Part shown: positions 25,540-38,145 of the stretch, one piece after another
Layout: each line of letters opens with the position of its first letter
How positions within the stretch are numbered: the first letter of the stretch is position 1
NCBI GenBank assembly: GCA_965235115.1
Contig: OZ249440.1
Coordinates: forward strand, 34,164,001 to 34,228,000
From: Laetmonice hystrix
Taxonomy: Eukaryota
DNA: 64,000 bases
Direction of reading: 5' to 3'
Notes under the pieces: model-generated
What the model was told of the DNA's origin: nothing
Databases searched by the model: none
What the model saw: only the letters and a program-made list of their open reading frames with translations
Position numbers and translations under genes: made by a program

Positions 25540-26065
25540 CACTTCAACGCAGCACCCTGCAGGGAGCGGTACAGTTTATTCATGCTTCGTGGGTTAAAGT
25601 GAATGGCGTCAGGAAGGAACACTTGTTGGTCCAGGCAATGTAACCAATTTTTCCTTCACGCAGTCCATCGAGGGTTCATTTTCCAACAGTTGATGCAAAG
25701 CAGCGTTACATTCCATAACTGGTTGTAATGAGGGATTGAAGGTGAGAATGATAAGCGAGGCGTAATTGAAAAAACAGTCGTCGAGGCAAAGATTCACTAG
25801 CTAAGGATAAAATGTTATCAAGTACAGAACCCAGAGAAAAACGACGTAAATCATTCCCCCCTACTAGGAGACCAATGTAGTCAGGCTGAGCGTCAGCAAC
25901 AAAGGGAAGGTCATGGTCCCTGATGCACTGCTCTACCTCCGACTCCAGGTAAAACTATTTCAGGCTGAATGTCAACAACCACCACTGTGGTGGTGAATGA
26001 ACAAATTCATTCAGACGACGGACGTGGCTGCCGCCTACTACAACAATTTTTGGTTTGCTCTGCAT
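25540..26065 (-). pseudogene. SGNH/GDSL-type hydrolase relic
   Basis: Block I IVVVGGSHVRRL, block III QPDYIGLLVGGNDL and block V FLPDAIHFNPRSMNKLYRSLQGA, spread over stops and frameshifts. Confidence 0.7.
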
Positions 26066-27246
26066 GGTGCACACGAGTGGCTGAACACAAAACCAGTGAA
26101 CCCGCACCCACGTGCTCGAACGACTGTCCGCTGGTGTTGTAGTATCAAAGGCACGACCGTCCGTTGGTGTCGACTGTTGCAGAGGACTCAACCACGTCTG
26201 TGTGGTCCTATTGATACCCTCTAGATCACCTCATCTCCTTTCCGTCACTTCCGTTGCGTATGATCCTGAAACGAGCTAATATGGGGGTTTCCGAATGGAC
26301 TAATGATGTAAACATTGGACTTCCACCCCGATACTGACTGGAATCAAAGTATTACTTGGGTTCTATAATGAATAATCGGGTTAGAAGCAGGTAAATTTAT
26401 AGCTTGAATATTCTCCCTACCACATATACCACCCTCGTTTCTCCTTCATAAATGATCCCGTCGTTGTCGCCGAGCTCATATTTTACAAATACATATTATA
26501 TATGAAAAGTAACTTGAGGGTGACCAGTTTCAATTAAGATGTACAATACTTTCTGTCACTCTATTGTAATACAGTTAAAACTGCTGATAAACACATTTGA
26601 AATACATTCAAAATTATTTACTTATGTATTTAAAACTGATTGTCGCTATTTCGTAAAAACCCGTATTTTCGCATTAATTAAAGAAATAAATACCATTTTC
26701 TGTCTTTATTTCCCTCTCTCGTAACTGTTGGTGGAAACGAGTAATCTTCAGGCGGTACGTACACATTTGTCAAGACTTCGAACATCTCCTCTCTTGACAA
26801 TCTCTTTGCAACAAATTTGGCAAAGTTCCACTTATTGGTCTCCTGGCTTATTCTTTCAGTCTCATGTTTTACCTTTTTTCGACCTGTGGACCACTGAAAA
26901 TCTCAGCCCATTTCCTCTTGCTTGAGTCGGACTCAGTTATTTCCTCATCTGCAAAACTCTCAGCATCTCCCTCCTTAGTACTTTCTTTAAAATCATCATC
27001 TTTCATTTGGCCAGGATCTTCCTCTGCTAGCTTTGGTTCTGGAAACTCAGCTGGTTGCAGACAGGGGACGAAATGATTTGGCTGCCAATGCCATAGGCAT
27101 ATATTGGTGTTTTGCGTATGAGTCCACATTATGACTAAAGGGGGAACGTCTTGGTGGAGTCCCCAAAGCTTCAGGATAGCATGATAAAGAGGCCTTGGCA
27201 AACCGACACTGAAAACTGGTGGGTATAATATGGCAACTGGTTTTAA

Positions 27247-28490
27247 GGAGGTTCGAGGGTGTTACCGAAATTATTGATATCCGCCTGATTTTTTCAGTTT
27301 GTAGTCCTTACGATGCAGGTTTGAAATCTAATTTTTTTAGGGGGTCCCCGAGTTAGTTTTTTTTCCTAAAAAATAAAAAAGATGGAGAAATGTTTACTAT
27401 GGCCGCCTATGGGAAAACAAGGTTTTTTCAAACATTTTTCCATTTTTATTAATAAATTAATTTTACAAATGGCTCAAACTGCAGTATATTATAATTCAAA
27501 GGGGACTGTACTTCGTAAAAGGAAAAAGAAAAAAGGGGGTCCCCGACTTAATTTTTGAGCTAGACGCCCCTGAAGTGACAGCCCCGCGTGATGTGCAAGC
27601 TGCTCTGGCCCGGGCCGCCGTGGGCTCTCCCGGGACCCTGTAGGCATACCCCGGCGTTAACACGTGTTGTAGGCTATAGCATAGGGAGGCGCACCATTTA
27701 CTCAAACTTTCCAAGAGCTTTAGATCATAATTATGAACCTTTGTATATGTGACAGTTTGATAACGATTCATAGTCGAGTTTATGAAAAATTTCGAGTTCA
27801 AAATGAGTGCGTGTCAGCAGCGGTATAGCGATGGCAGCTTCCCTCTCGCTGGAACGGCCACACCGCTGGCACCACTGTCCGCCCCCCCCCCCCCCACGTA
27901 GGTCCCAAGTTCCAAGATTTGAAATGCTGGTCATGCGAGCGCCGAAGGCGCGAAGTTTTGAGCGGGGGGTCTGGGGGCCCTCCCTCCGAAACGATCTAGG
28001 CCACTTGATGTGGTTAAGCAAAGAAAGTGCCTGACGCAGGTATGTTGACCTAATTTTACTAATTTACCTGTGATCAAGCCGCAGATTATCCTCAACCAAC
28101 GACACAAAGTAGGAAGGATGGGCCTAGCAGTAGGCCTGGGCGTTTTCGGCCTGGATTTATCATTCTGGCGGGTCCTATGGCTGTCCTCGCGGGTCAGCGG
28201 GTTTTGGTGCCGGTTTGCGGGTCGGACCCGCCAGATGCGGGTCACTTGGGGGGGGGGGGGTCTGCCCCACCTGGTCGGCCTGATTCCGCAGCGCGTAAAC
28301 AGTGTCGTAATGCGGACAACTCAGACGAAAAACCAAATTTTAATAATCAGAAATACTTTTCTTACAGTTACTGAGAGGTACTGTATAAGAATTTTACCAA
28401 ACAAACTCTAAAATATGGAAAGGCAGCATGTCGTAAAATGTTGCTGAGCAGAGCCCGAAGTTGGCAGCTGAGAAATACACTCGAACCTCC
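27247..28490. mobile_element. Kolobok-like non-autonomous element with TTAA TSD
   Basis: ttaa|GGAGGTTCGAGGGTGT ... ACACTCGAACCTCC|ttaa. Confidence 0.75.
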
Positions 28491-30317
28491 TTAACAGGAT
28501 GTTAGCGATGGCATAGATTTGCCACAATGAGGAAAAACACCCATTGCATCAGTTGTGATTTCAGCCAGCGACTCTTTGGCTGTTTCTTTCATGTGTTCAA
28601 TATCCCTAATGGTAATAGTAATGGTTTTTATTGCACTTTTTCAGACTTTTGGTTTTGGGAGTGAGGGTGTAAGCTGACTAAAGATCAAGGAGAAGAAAAG
28701 TAAAATCAAGAGGGCTGAGGCACATCTTGCACTCTTAATGGAAAAAGTTGGGTTCTCTAGCCCTAATATGCTCAAAGTAACAGGCAGTCTAAGGAACAGA
28801 CAGTCAGCAGCTTCTTCATGCTGAACTCCATGATTTTTCGCAAAGGACACGTACGGAGAACAAAATACTTTGATGATAGAAGGTGCCTAGAAGTGTTTTT
28901 TTTAAAAGAAACCGACCTCACGACCACAGCAATTTCAGCAGGATTTGTAGAAATGGCATCGGTTGTTTGAAGAGACATGTAGAATATGCGCTTTTTTTAT
29001 ATTTTCGAGGACATGGAGGGTAATGAATGGGACTATTTGGAACACTCACTAGATATGGGAAAGGACACAACAGCAACCGCAGTTTCAACAGATTAGCCAT
29101 TTTTTTCTGAAAATGACACAAAGAAAAAGTAAAAAGCTACTGTTCTGTGTTGCAGTGTCTCACAGACAAACAGGGTCAAACAATATTTTTGCCCAAGGCC
29201 TTCAAAGGTTCTCAGCACAGAGTCCTGGCAAAGGTGCACAGGTACAGCCGTCTCGTTTTGAGCAAGCCACAGGGGCGTTATGCCCTTAATGTGTCGAACA
29301 ATATTTTCGCCAGTTCAGATAGGTTCTTCCAAGGTTTTCCAAGGTTCTCATCAGTGAGTCGTTAGGCGCAGCTAGGGAAGCTGCGTAGGTACATCCAAAT
29401 CCAGCCCAGGCTCTCATTTCGCAAAGGCAGCGTTCTGATGTAGCGGTGCCCTGCTTCTGACCATCGCCTCGTTTGTCTGCCTGGGGTGGGGATGGCCTCT
29501 TCCACCTCCAAAGACGCCTCTTCCCCCTCCTCTCTGGCTGATTTGGTCCACGTCCTCCTTGGAGGTTCCATGAAGTCGTCCACGGTCCCTGGCGGGGGGG
29601 GGGGGGGTGGCGGGGGCGAGGGCCAGCATCTCCTGGTGATGGGGGTCTTTAATGTTCATCAATGCCCTCTCTAAAGCAAAGTACCACGTTGAAAATTTAG
29701 GACCATGATAATGTTCATTGTAATATTTCTAAGAAAAATCTAGGGTTGTTAGCTTGCACTCATTGCACCAGAAACAATGTGTTCAAAGGGCATCATTGAG
29801 AAACGCATAGGTTTAATGTTAGCATCACCATGGTGCACAACCTGGCCGTTTGGCGGTCAGTCAGCTGAGAACGGTGCAGCGTCTGACAAAGGGCACTGCT
29901 GAGTGCGTCCTGTGATATAATTTGACATGCGTCCAACTCCCTGGCCAGGTCTTCCTGCGTATCTGCGTATCACTGTCACTAACTTTGTTCTCTTTGTAAC
30001 AGAACCCTGAAGACGTACCCAAGAAAGGCCTGCTGGCGGAGGCTGTCGGATTCATACAGCCTCGATGTTTCGCGAGGTGGCAGCGGCTTCTTTGACCTTG
30101 CTGACATGGCCATACACCGTCGCCTGCATCTTAGCCGAGTGTTTCAGGTGACCCTGCAGCTCACGGGCCAGCTGGGGGTCATCTTTTTCGAGGACCTAGG
30201 GAAACAATACAAGAAAGTTTAGTGACTTTCAAGATTCCATTCCTTGTACGCTAAACCTTAATGCTTAACTAATTATACAATTCTTGCCTTTGTTGACAAT
30301 GTGTGTCTGAAGTGCCG

Positions 30318-31271
30318 ACTTGAACACAGATCACCCAGTGATCGTTCAAATCTTGTCCAGGTTGGCAATGCTTGCCAATGCAAACTTTGATATTCACTTT
30401 TGCTGGGTGCCCGGCCATGTTGGCATACCGGGCAATGAGCAAGAGGATGGTATTTTGGGCCCGCTCGCGAATTTTTTTTTCCCACATTAGTTCCGGACCG
30501 CCCATTGGCATACAGCCAATCAGTGAATGCCAGACTCGATATGGGACCGAACAGTGTCAGTGAATGTTTCTTATTGACACATCCACTGCTCATCAATTAG
30601 TGCCTATTTAACAATAATTTTGGGCTATGAAAACTAACACTAACCCTAGGCCTAACCTTTACCCTAACCCAAACACACTGTCTCGCATCTCGCATGTCGT
30701 CGCCGGTATTCCATAGCCATATGTGTGCCTGTTTCTGATTGGCTGTATGATAATGGGGGGTCCAGAACTAATGTGGGAAAAAAAATTTTGTCGGATTTAT
30801 GAGTTGTCGGACTTGTGATATGTCGGACTTATGAGTTGTCGGACTTGTGGGATGTCGGACTTGTGATATGTCGGACTTATGATATGTCAGACTTATGGGG
30901 GGACACCGCATATTTTACTCGAATGTGGTGATTTTACTCTCATCAGACAAAGGTTTTATAATGAGACGAGTCTTAAGGATCTTTTTAGCAATATCAGACC
31001 AGGAGTGATTTTACTCTCATCAGACAAAGGTTTTATAATGAGACGAGTCTTAAGGATCTTTTTAGCAATATCAGACCAGGAGTGATTTTAGAGTTCTTGT
31101 CAGAGGCTGGACTTCTGACTCTTTTATAGATGTGTTTTGGTGGTGTTCCCGTTGGGACCCGGGATAAAATAGGTTCCTTTGGTTTTATGGTCGTATAACT
31201 CTGTTTTCGCCGTGAAGATGGCCCCAGATGCCGACACGGCGCAAAACCACCACTACTCACTCACTCACTCA
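30318..31271 (+). mobile_element. 5'-truncated I-clade LINE fragment (RNase H to 3' end) with a nested insertion at ~30446-30908 and a ~76-bp tandem duplication
   Basis: Matches 55130-55255 and 55566-55846, has an (ACTC)n tail, and is flanked by TSD CTGAAGTGCCG at 30307-30317 and 31272-31282. Confidence 0.85.
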
Positions 31272-31738
31272 CTGAAGTGCCGTGCCGTGGCACTAAACGG
31301 CACCCCCACCCTCGTCAATTCACTCCTCACTATGCCTGCACAGACCGAGTTGGTGAGGGGTTGGCCCCTTTCCGTCACAAACATACTGGGGCAATCACTG
31401 AACTCCAATATGTCTTTCATCTCGATAAACTTCACCATGAGCCCATGGGTAGTTTTGGAAACACCCAGTAGCAGGTCGCCATACGTCCTAGATGTTTTAT
31501 GTCTGGGAACCAGCAAAAAATACATTGGTAAGTTTAATTTACTTAACAGTAAAAGGGATACAATTCATTACAGGTTTAGAATAATGATGAAGTACAATTG
31601 ATTCCACCCATTATGTATACACACCCTGTAGACCACCCGGTCGTTCTCGTCTACGATCTCGGGTGCCTGCACTGTAGTGGCCAGAAGATTTATGATGCCA
31701 CCCGCCCTGGTGGCATTGGAGTTCAGTATCTCCATAAT

Positions 31739-33805
31739 CACTTGCTACACACTGATCATCGTAACGCGCGTTACGCTGATCCAAGATGGACGATCCCGAT
31801 GCTCCCTTCGCGTGTTTTTGTTCAAGTTACAAGGGCTACGGTGCATCAACAACATAAAACAACATCTGAATATCATGATAACCATGTGTGCCTGCCGTTT
31901 GTCTCAGTTTGGGGTCCTAGACGGGCGTAGATTAAGAGAAAATGGACGCAGAAGATTTGGCGATGATACCCGTAACGCGCAGCGCTGATCCCCGTAACGC
32001 AAGTTTAATTTGGTGACAGGATAGGCGTAACGCGGCACCTAAACCTTTCACTAAGCCTAAAGGTTTTTACGTAGACGAGTAGACGACTTTCAATATCGGC
32101 TCGTGATCTGATAATGAATCTCAACTTTGTAATGAGCATTATCTACTTCAGTATGAAGGTAAAACCATGAGGTACACGTATATAATAGGGCGCGGATTGA
32201 CAGCGTGTGTGATACTAGGCCTATACTATACTATAGGTGTTAGGCCCATACAGAGTGTGTGTGGACCCCAGGGCGGGGTCACGAATCTAAGACATGCCTG
32301 GCAGGCACCATGAGAGATCGAGATGCTTTGTCCTTCCCCAGTACCCCGGGGTAGAGCACCCTGACTCCTCCGTCACAGGGAGTATGCTAGTGAATTTTGG
32401 GTATTAGCCACAGTGGCTAACAACTGAGGAAAAGAACTAGCCACATGGAAAAAGTTCTAGCCACAGTTGTTTTAATGTTTTTTATTTAGGTAACCAGAGT
32501 TCATTATACATGTATTATACAGTCTTAATATCTTTGTATAATATAAAGTACATGTACTTCCATTTGCCAGCTGTGTGTAGGCCTAGTGAACGTTTTTGGG
32601 GGGATAAGCTGTCCTATATCTGGAGGATAACTCTACACAAGTGGCCCTCTTGAGCAGCAAGAATATTGGGATCCAGTACAGTACACCTACACCTCAGAGG
32701 AGGCCTGGCCCAAATTGACGGGTACCTAGGCTATAATACCCTCTCATCACAGCGATCCCCCCCTGACAGCCCCCACCCCTCACACCCCCGACCCCCGTAC
32801 TGAGCGGCCGAGCTGCCTCCCCACCTTCATGCCATGTGACCTCAGCCATGCTATGTGTCGCCTGTCCTCTCCTGGCACACTCAGCCTGCCAGGTAATCGG
32901 GATAGCATTTAAACTAGGCCTATATTACTCCTACAGGCTGACTGGCATCTGTCATAAACTCATCCCAGATGGACTGGACCCAGGCCGGGGAGACGGGCCA
33001 GTACTGAGGGCCGGCCTGACCTGGGGTAGTCCGTAGTAGACTAGGGGGAACAGACGCATACGGGCGGCTGGCCTTGCCTGGCGGAGAGACCGGGTCGGGT
33101 GGGTCGGTCACCCTGGTCTCTGACCACCCACATGTCACACCGACAAACGTGCTCCAACCACAGTCAGTGGTGGATCAGGCGTGCATGGTGGGCGGGGGGG
33201 GAGACCTGGGCTATAAACTGGAGACAGCTGGAATTTGCAGGCGTGGCGAATTTGGTGGTTTATTTTGGCAGTGGAACTCGCCACAGGCTGGAAGTATTCG
33301 CGTTTGCGAGCGTGGCTACCGCTAACGTACTCCGTTCTACATGAAGTTAAACTGTCAAAACTCTGCCACAACCTGCACAAGATTTCAAATAACACAACCA
33401 ATTAAATTCCCTTCAAACGAAAACTGGTGAGAATGGTTTTTCTACTTGAAAGACGAAGAATAAAGGCAGTACAGCTTACGAGTGAATGGCAGGCTAACCA
33501 GCAATGAGTCGCGTTACGGGTATCAATAATTCGCGTTACGGGTATCATTTGTCAACATGCTTGTCCGCGTTACGGGTATCACAGCGAAAATTTTCGGAGC
33601 GATTTTTGAGATTTCTAGGCAATCTCAGGCGCCGAGGTTCACCAAACATGATGCCACCATTACAATAAACAACTCTGACGTCTTACAGATGAATCAGAGA
33701 CACGGAACTGCTTGAAATACGCCTCGTTTTAGTTGAAGCAGGACCTGCCTTCCTCCATCTTGGATCAGCGTAACGCGCGTTACGATGATCAGTGTGTAGC
33801 CAGTG
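31739..33805. mobile_element. Non-autonomous TIR element with CAC termini and a 5-bp TSD (Transib-like signature)
   Basis: ataat|CACTTGCTACACACTGATCATCGTAACGCGCGTTACGCTGATCCAAGATGG ... inverse ...GTGTAGCCAGTG|ataat. Removing it restores the YR reading frame. Confidence 0.8.
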
Positions 33806-34470
33806 ATAATCAGAAAATTCCTGGCGATGGTGTAGTCCCTCTGGATAGTTCTCTGTCCAAGCCAAGGATGGTTTTTCCAAGGACAGCTCTCTCGGATGAC
33901 ATGTATTTCTGCACGTCTTCTGGTTGGAGAAGATGTGCTGAAAAATAACGACAACATGAACATTGTAGTCTTCGCCTGAAAGAAAGTTCAGAATTTCCAA
34001 AACAGTCCATGAATTATTTATTCATACCAGCATTTAAAAGCTGCAGCTGCAGACTCTTGTTCCCTGACTGGGCGCCTCAGGCTCTTGATGAAAAAACAGA
34101 GTCTTTCCTGCGGCTTGTTCACGTCGGCACCATGGTTTAGGTTACAAAACTTTAGAAAGGTTTTTTCCCAGAATCTTCGATCACCTCCTCTGTGGTGGAG
34201 TATTTATGCAGAGCCACCCGGACACCACAGAGGGTACTCGCGGCCGCTTGCTCTGTGCCCCCCCCCCCCCCCCCCCGGCCAGTGTCGTCAGCCACTTTGC
34301 AAAAACTGGCAGGACAGTCTTGAAATAGACAACACATAGATATCTAGTACTCTTATTTCGTCTTCTTCCATATTTCCACTTCTCACCACACATGCACATA
34401 ATAGTGAAGTGACACAGATGCACATAATGCTAAAGTCTTACTTGTATCTGAGAGGCTGCCTTGCCCGAGG

Positions 34471-34738
34471 GGGGGGCCTCGGGTGGCCGAGTGGTCAAAG
34501 GTGCTGGCTCATGACACCTAGGACCATCGCCTCACACCGCTGCGGTCCGGGTTCGATCCCCGGCCAGGGCTGCATGTGTGAAAGGTTTGTCAGTCAGTTC
34601 CTTCCCGAAGGTCGGTGGTTTCCTCCGGGCACTCCGGTTTCCTCCACCAAGAAAAACTGACTTTCATCATCATCTTCACCGCCGTGATATGACCCTGGCT
34701 GTTGCAAGGCGTAAAACCCCAAATACCCACCCACCCAC
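34471..34738 (+). mobile_element. tRNA-derived SINE with a Meta/MESC-like core
   Basis: A box GTGGCCGAGTGG, B box GGTTCGATCCC, core GGTCGGTGGTTTCCTCCGGGCACTCCGGTTTCCTCC, (CCCA)n tail and TSD CCTTGCCCGAGG. Confidence 0.85.
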
Positions 34739-35389
34739 CCTTGCCCGAGGCCACTGAGCAGCTCGGCTGCAGTTCCACCCCAAGCATTGGCTCGCCAGTT
34801 GGCGCATCGGCTGCAGGCCTTCCCTGCTTCACAGCGTCTCGTACAACTCTAGTTTTCGCCTCCTTCTATAAAGCCGCCCTGATGGTGTGTGATGTGGGAC
34901 ACTGGAATAGGGTAAAAATTCAAAATACAACAATTAAAAAAGCAATTGTATGAAATAGAGAAATGACATAGCTTAGCAATACACCCTAAGAAGTTGTGAC
35001 CTACTTCATCATATGTTGCCGGAGCTGCCGCCCTCTGTAAAAACATCCCTCAATCGGGCAGTTGTGTGCTGCCCGCTTGAGGTTCCAGCCCGTGGCTGGC
35101 GAAACTCCCTCCTCCCTCCATGTTTTCATCTTCCAATGCGTGGCCGTCTCTTTTTCCCACTTGTGGACGCCCACAAGATGCCTTGGCATCTTTGATACAT
35201 TTCTGCCACAGACTGGGAACTTTTTTGGCTTTGAAACCTAACAGGTGCAAAAGGCAGTGAGTAAGAAAGGGATAAACATCAGGAATATAACATCTTGGCA
35301 TTTGCCACATCATCTTATCACCATGCTTCTTGTCTGTGCACACATACATATATCTTCTTTGATGTCCCCCTTTTGTACTGATAAACCCC

Positions 35390-36830
35390 CGTGGGGACCG
35401 GGGTAGGAATGTTCCCCAGCCCCCCCCCCCCCCTGGCTGTTTGTAAGACGCAAATAAATGGGGCGACTTGTTTGCCGTGAGTCGCGACTCGTGTCAGTGG
35501 AAGAAGAGGTCCTGGTACCTGAGGACGGTTGGAGAGGCCCGATCCAATCAATCGGCTGGTCATGCCTTGCCCTAGGATTTTTTGTATTGAGTACGCTTTA
35601 CAGTGAATTTAATTCTCTTATACAATAGGCCACACCTATCGTAACTATTTCTTCTTTATTCCTAGAAGGCGGTGGCTTAGGGTCAATCAAGTAATGGCAA
35701 CACCCTCTTTCGTTCCATTGCTTGAGTATACCAACCCTATATCCTTGGTTTGCAACTGCTGGTTACCGCAGCTCTGCACTTCCCCTTGTTGGGCTCCGTG
35801 GAGGGTGGGGAATAGGGTTGGTGAAACAATCTTAACACCAACATGGCATCAAACAATCCCCCAAAAAGAAAACTACTGAAACTAACGGACTCTGACTCGG
35901 ACCAGTCTATGGAGAATGAACACTTGGAATGGCCTCGTTTTATCATTGTTGAATCGGCAGAAGCTGAACGACCAATATCTAAGCTATTCCCTTTACATAA
36001 AGGCATATTGGGGATAGCTGGAACAGTCAGGATTGTAAACGTTTGAGGTCTGGCCAAGTGTTGGTGGAGTGTGCCACGAAGGCCCAATCTGCAAACCTGC
36101 TGAGTGCCACAGTACCTGCAGGTTACAGTATTAAGGCTTGGCTTTCTAAAGGTAAAAGTCGATCCCTATATCCCAAATCCTCTGCGTTGCTTTAAGTGCC
36201 AGAGGTTTGGGCATGGGACCGACTCATGTAGAAATGAACAAAAATGTCTTCAGTGCGCTGAAACAGGACATGACCATACAAGCTGTGAAAAGCCTGCTAA
36301 ATGTGCCAACTGTGGGCAAGGTCATTCCACTGTTTCACGCGAATACTCCGTGTGGAAAAAGGAGAAAGAAATCCTAAAGGTTAAAACAGAGAGAAAACTT
36401 AGTTTCCCTGAGGCACGAAAGTTGGTGGAGCAATATTTGCTTCCACCAACAGTTAAAACCTATGCTGCCGCTGTTAAGCCTACCACACGGACTTTCGCTT
36501 GTCAAACGGAGATGGTGTGGGTCAAGGGGGATAAACCTGTGACCTACCCTGATCCTGCTGACAGCACAAATGAACCACCTAAGAAAGCCGTCTCGAGTCA
36601 GCCACCTAAAAAAAACGCCTCAACACAGGGCCAGACAACCGCGGTTCCTCCTCCACAGGCCGGGCCGAGTACCAAAGAACCATCTCCGAAAAAAGATCAA
36701 CCAAGTACTAAAGAGCCATCTACAAAAAAGATCCACCAAAAAAGAAAATAATGACAGATCGGCTGCCCAAGGCAACCCCACTTGGTTACACTATTCATGG
36801 TGAGGAGATGCTAGTAGATTACGAGCCTCG
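35390..36830 (+). mobile_element. 5' part of an I-clade LINE: 5'UTR plus internally deleted ORF1 (gag-like, CCHC knuckles)
   Basis: ORF1 pieces MASNNPPKRK..WPRFIIVES and PYIPNPLRCFKCQRFGH..CLQCAETGH..CANCGQGH..LSFPEARK; the 5'UTR is shared with 41160-41720. Confidence 0.85.
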
Positions 36831-37897
36831 GAACGACATAAATGTGACGTCCTGCTACCCACCGTAGATTATTTTTTGTTTCTGTTGATTTGATTAATGA
36901 CTAGCATGATATACACTGCAGCTACATGTATACATGTAGGCCTATATTTAACTGCAGGTGCCCTATAGCCGTCATTATTATCATAATTTGTGCTGGCAGC
37001 GTAGGCTACAATATTTCTACATGTATACACGCAAGCCGTCCATATGTCATTTTATGCATAAATTGACATAATAGCGACTTATCTGTAACTAGCTTGCGAC
37101 AATCCACAAACTTGTGGCCCATGTCAATCCCTGATCATCTAGTTACGACAAGGTCAGTATGACACACTCTCTGGAAATACTATCACAGAATCACAAAAAT
37201 AATGTATAAACAGCACATCTACAATATGAATGTTATGTATTGCCCCTTCTAGCTCTGGCAAGTTAACAACCATCAGGGATGAAAGTTTTCAGGAAATTTG
37301 CTGAAATCAGGAAATTTGAAAAAATCCCCCCCCCCAATAAATAACACCCAAAAAAGGAAATAGGCCTAGATCTATAGGCAAAAGAGGTAGGCTTGCTAAG
37401 CCAAGGCTAAGTATTGCCCGGGGGCTGGACTGTGTGGTGGGCAATTTTATTTGTTAATATCAAATGAAACAATATCCCCTTCCAGGACGTTTTTTAACAC
37501 CATGCAGCTCAATATATCTCTACCTGCCCAAAGTTCGTTTATAGATTGGGGATATTAGAGTGTCTCAAACCCGTCCAGGGTCACGGGTGCCGCCGAGCAT
37601 AGGCCGGTCTGCCGGGGGTGCTGGTGTACCGCCCGCGGTCCCTGTAGCTGTGGTCACATCGCTCACATAGACCGGCCCGCGTGGGCTGACTTCTACCGGC
37701 ACGCGGTGGCGTCTGTCCCGTCTGGCAGGCACGGCCCCGTGTCACTGTGGTGAGAGCGACTCACCTCGATCAGGTAATGGCTTCAGGCAAAACTGATGGT
37801 CAGGTAGCTGCAAAGCCCGTTGATTCAGGCTTGCCATATGCCATATCCATGCGCGTGTTTTGCCTGAGAGCTCACTTAGTGATAGCAACGAGACTAT

Positions 37898-38143
37898 AGA
37901 CTATGGAATACCGGCGACGACATGCTAGATGCGAGACAGTACGTGTTTGGGTTAGGGTAAAGGTTAGGCCTAGGGTTAGTGTTAGTTTTCACTTTAACCC
38001 CAAAATTGTTGTTAAATAGGCACTAATCAGTGAGCAGTGGATCTTGATGTCGGTGTCAATAAGAAACATTCGATATGCTAAATTGACACTGTTCGGTCCC
38101 ATGTCGCTTCTCGCATCTCGCATGTCGTCGCCGGTATTCCATA
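37898..38143. mobile_element. MITE with TIR TATGGAATACCGGCGACGACATGC and telomere-like GGTTAGGG motifs
   Basis: The inverted ends are visible. A related inverted copy lies at ~30540-30715. The MITE is absent from hAT copy 1. Confidence 0.7.
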
Positions 38144-38145
38144 AT

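Larger units (their letters stand above)
29200..35237 (-). pseudogene. Multi-exon C2H2 zinc-finger plus tyrosine recombinase gene, interrupted by three insertions
   Basis: Exon relics: PVC..MPRHLVGVHKW..CPIEGC..LRQHM (35004-35237); FAKWLTTLAGG (~34300); ARNFLI|MEILNSNATRAGGIINL (33810|31733); VPRHKTSRTYG..FVTERG..SATARHF|RHTLSTK (31510-31272|30306); LQGHLKHSAKMQATVY (30195-30110); RRWSEA (~29465). The 3' limit is approximate. Confidence 0.8.

Noticed and set aside
26700..26900. hAT transposase N-terminal relic (NVYVPPEDYSFP)
   Set aside because: It is too short, with no further transposase motifs or element ends.
30640..30672. Interstitial telomere (TAACCC-like)
   Set aside because: Only a few degenerate units, internal to a MITE that is also present at 37898-38143.
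34471..34570. Functional tRNA gene
   Set aside because: It has an expanded non-cloverleaf middle, continues into a SINE core and tail, and is flanked by TSDs.
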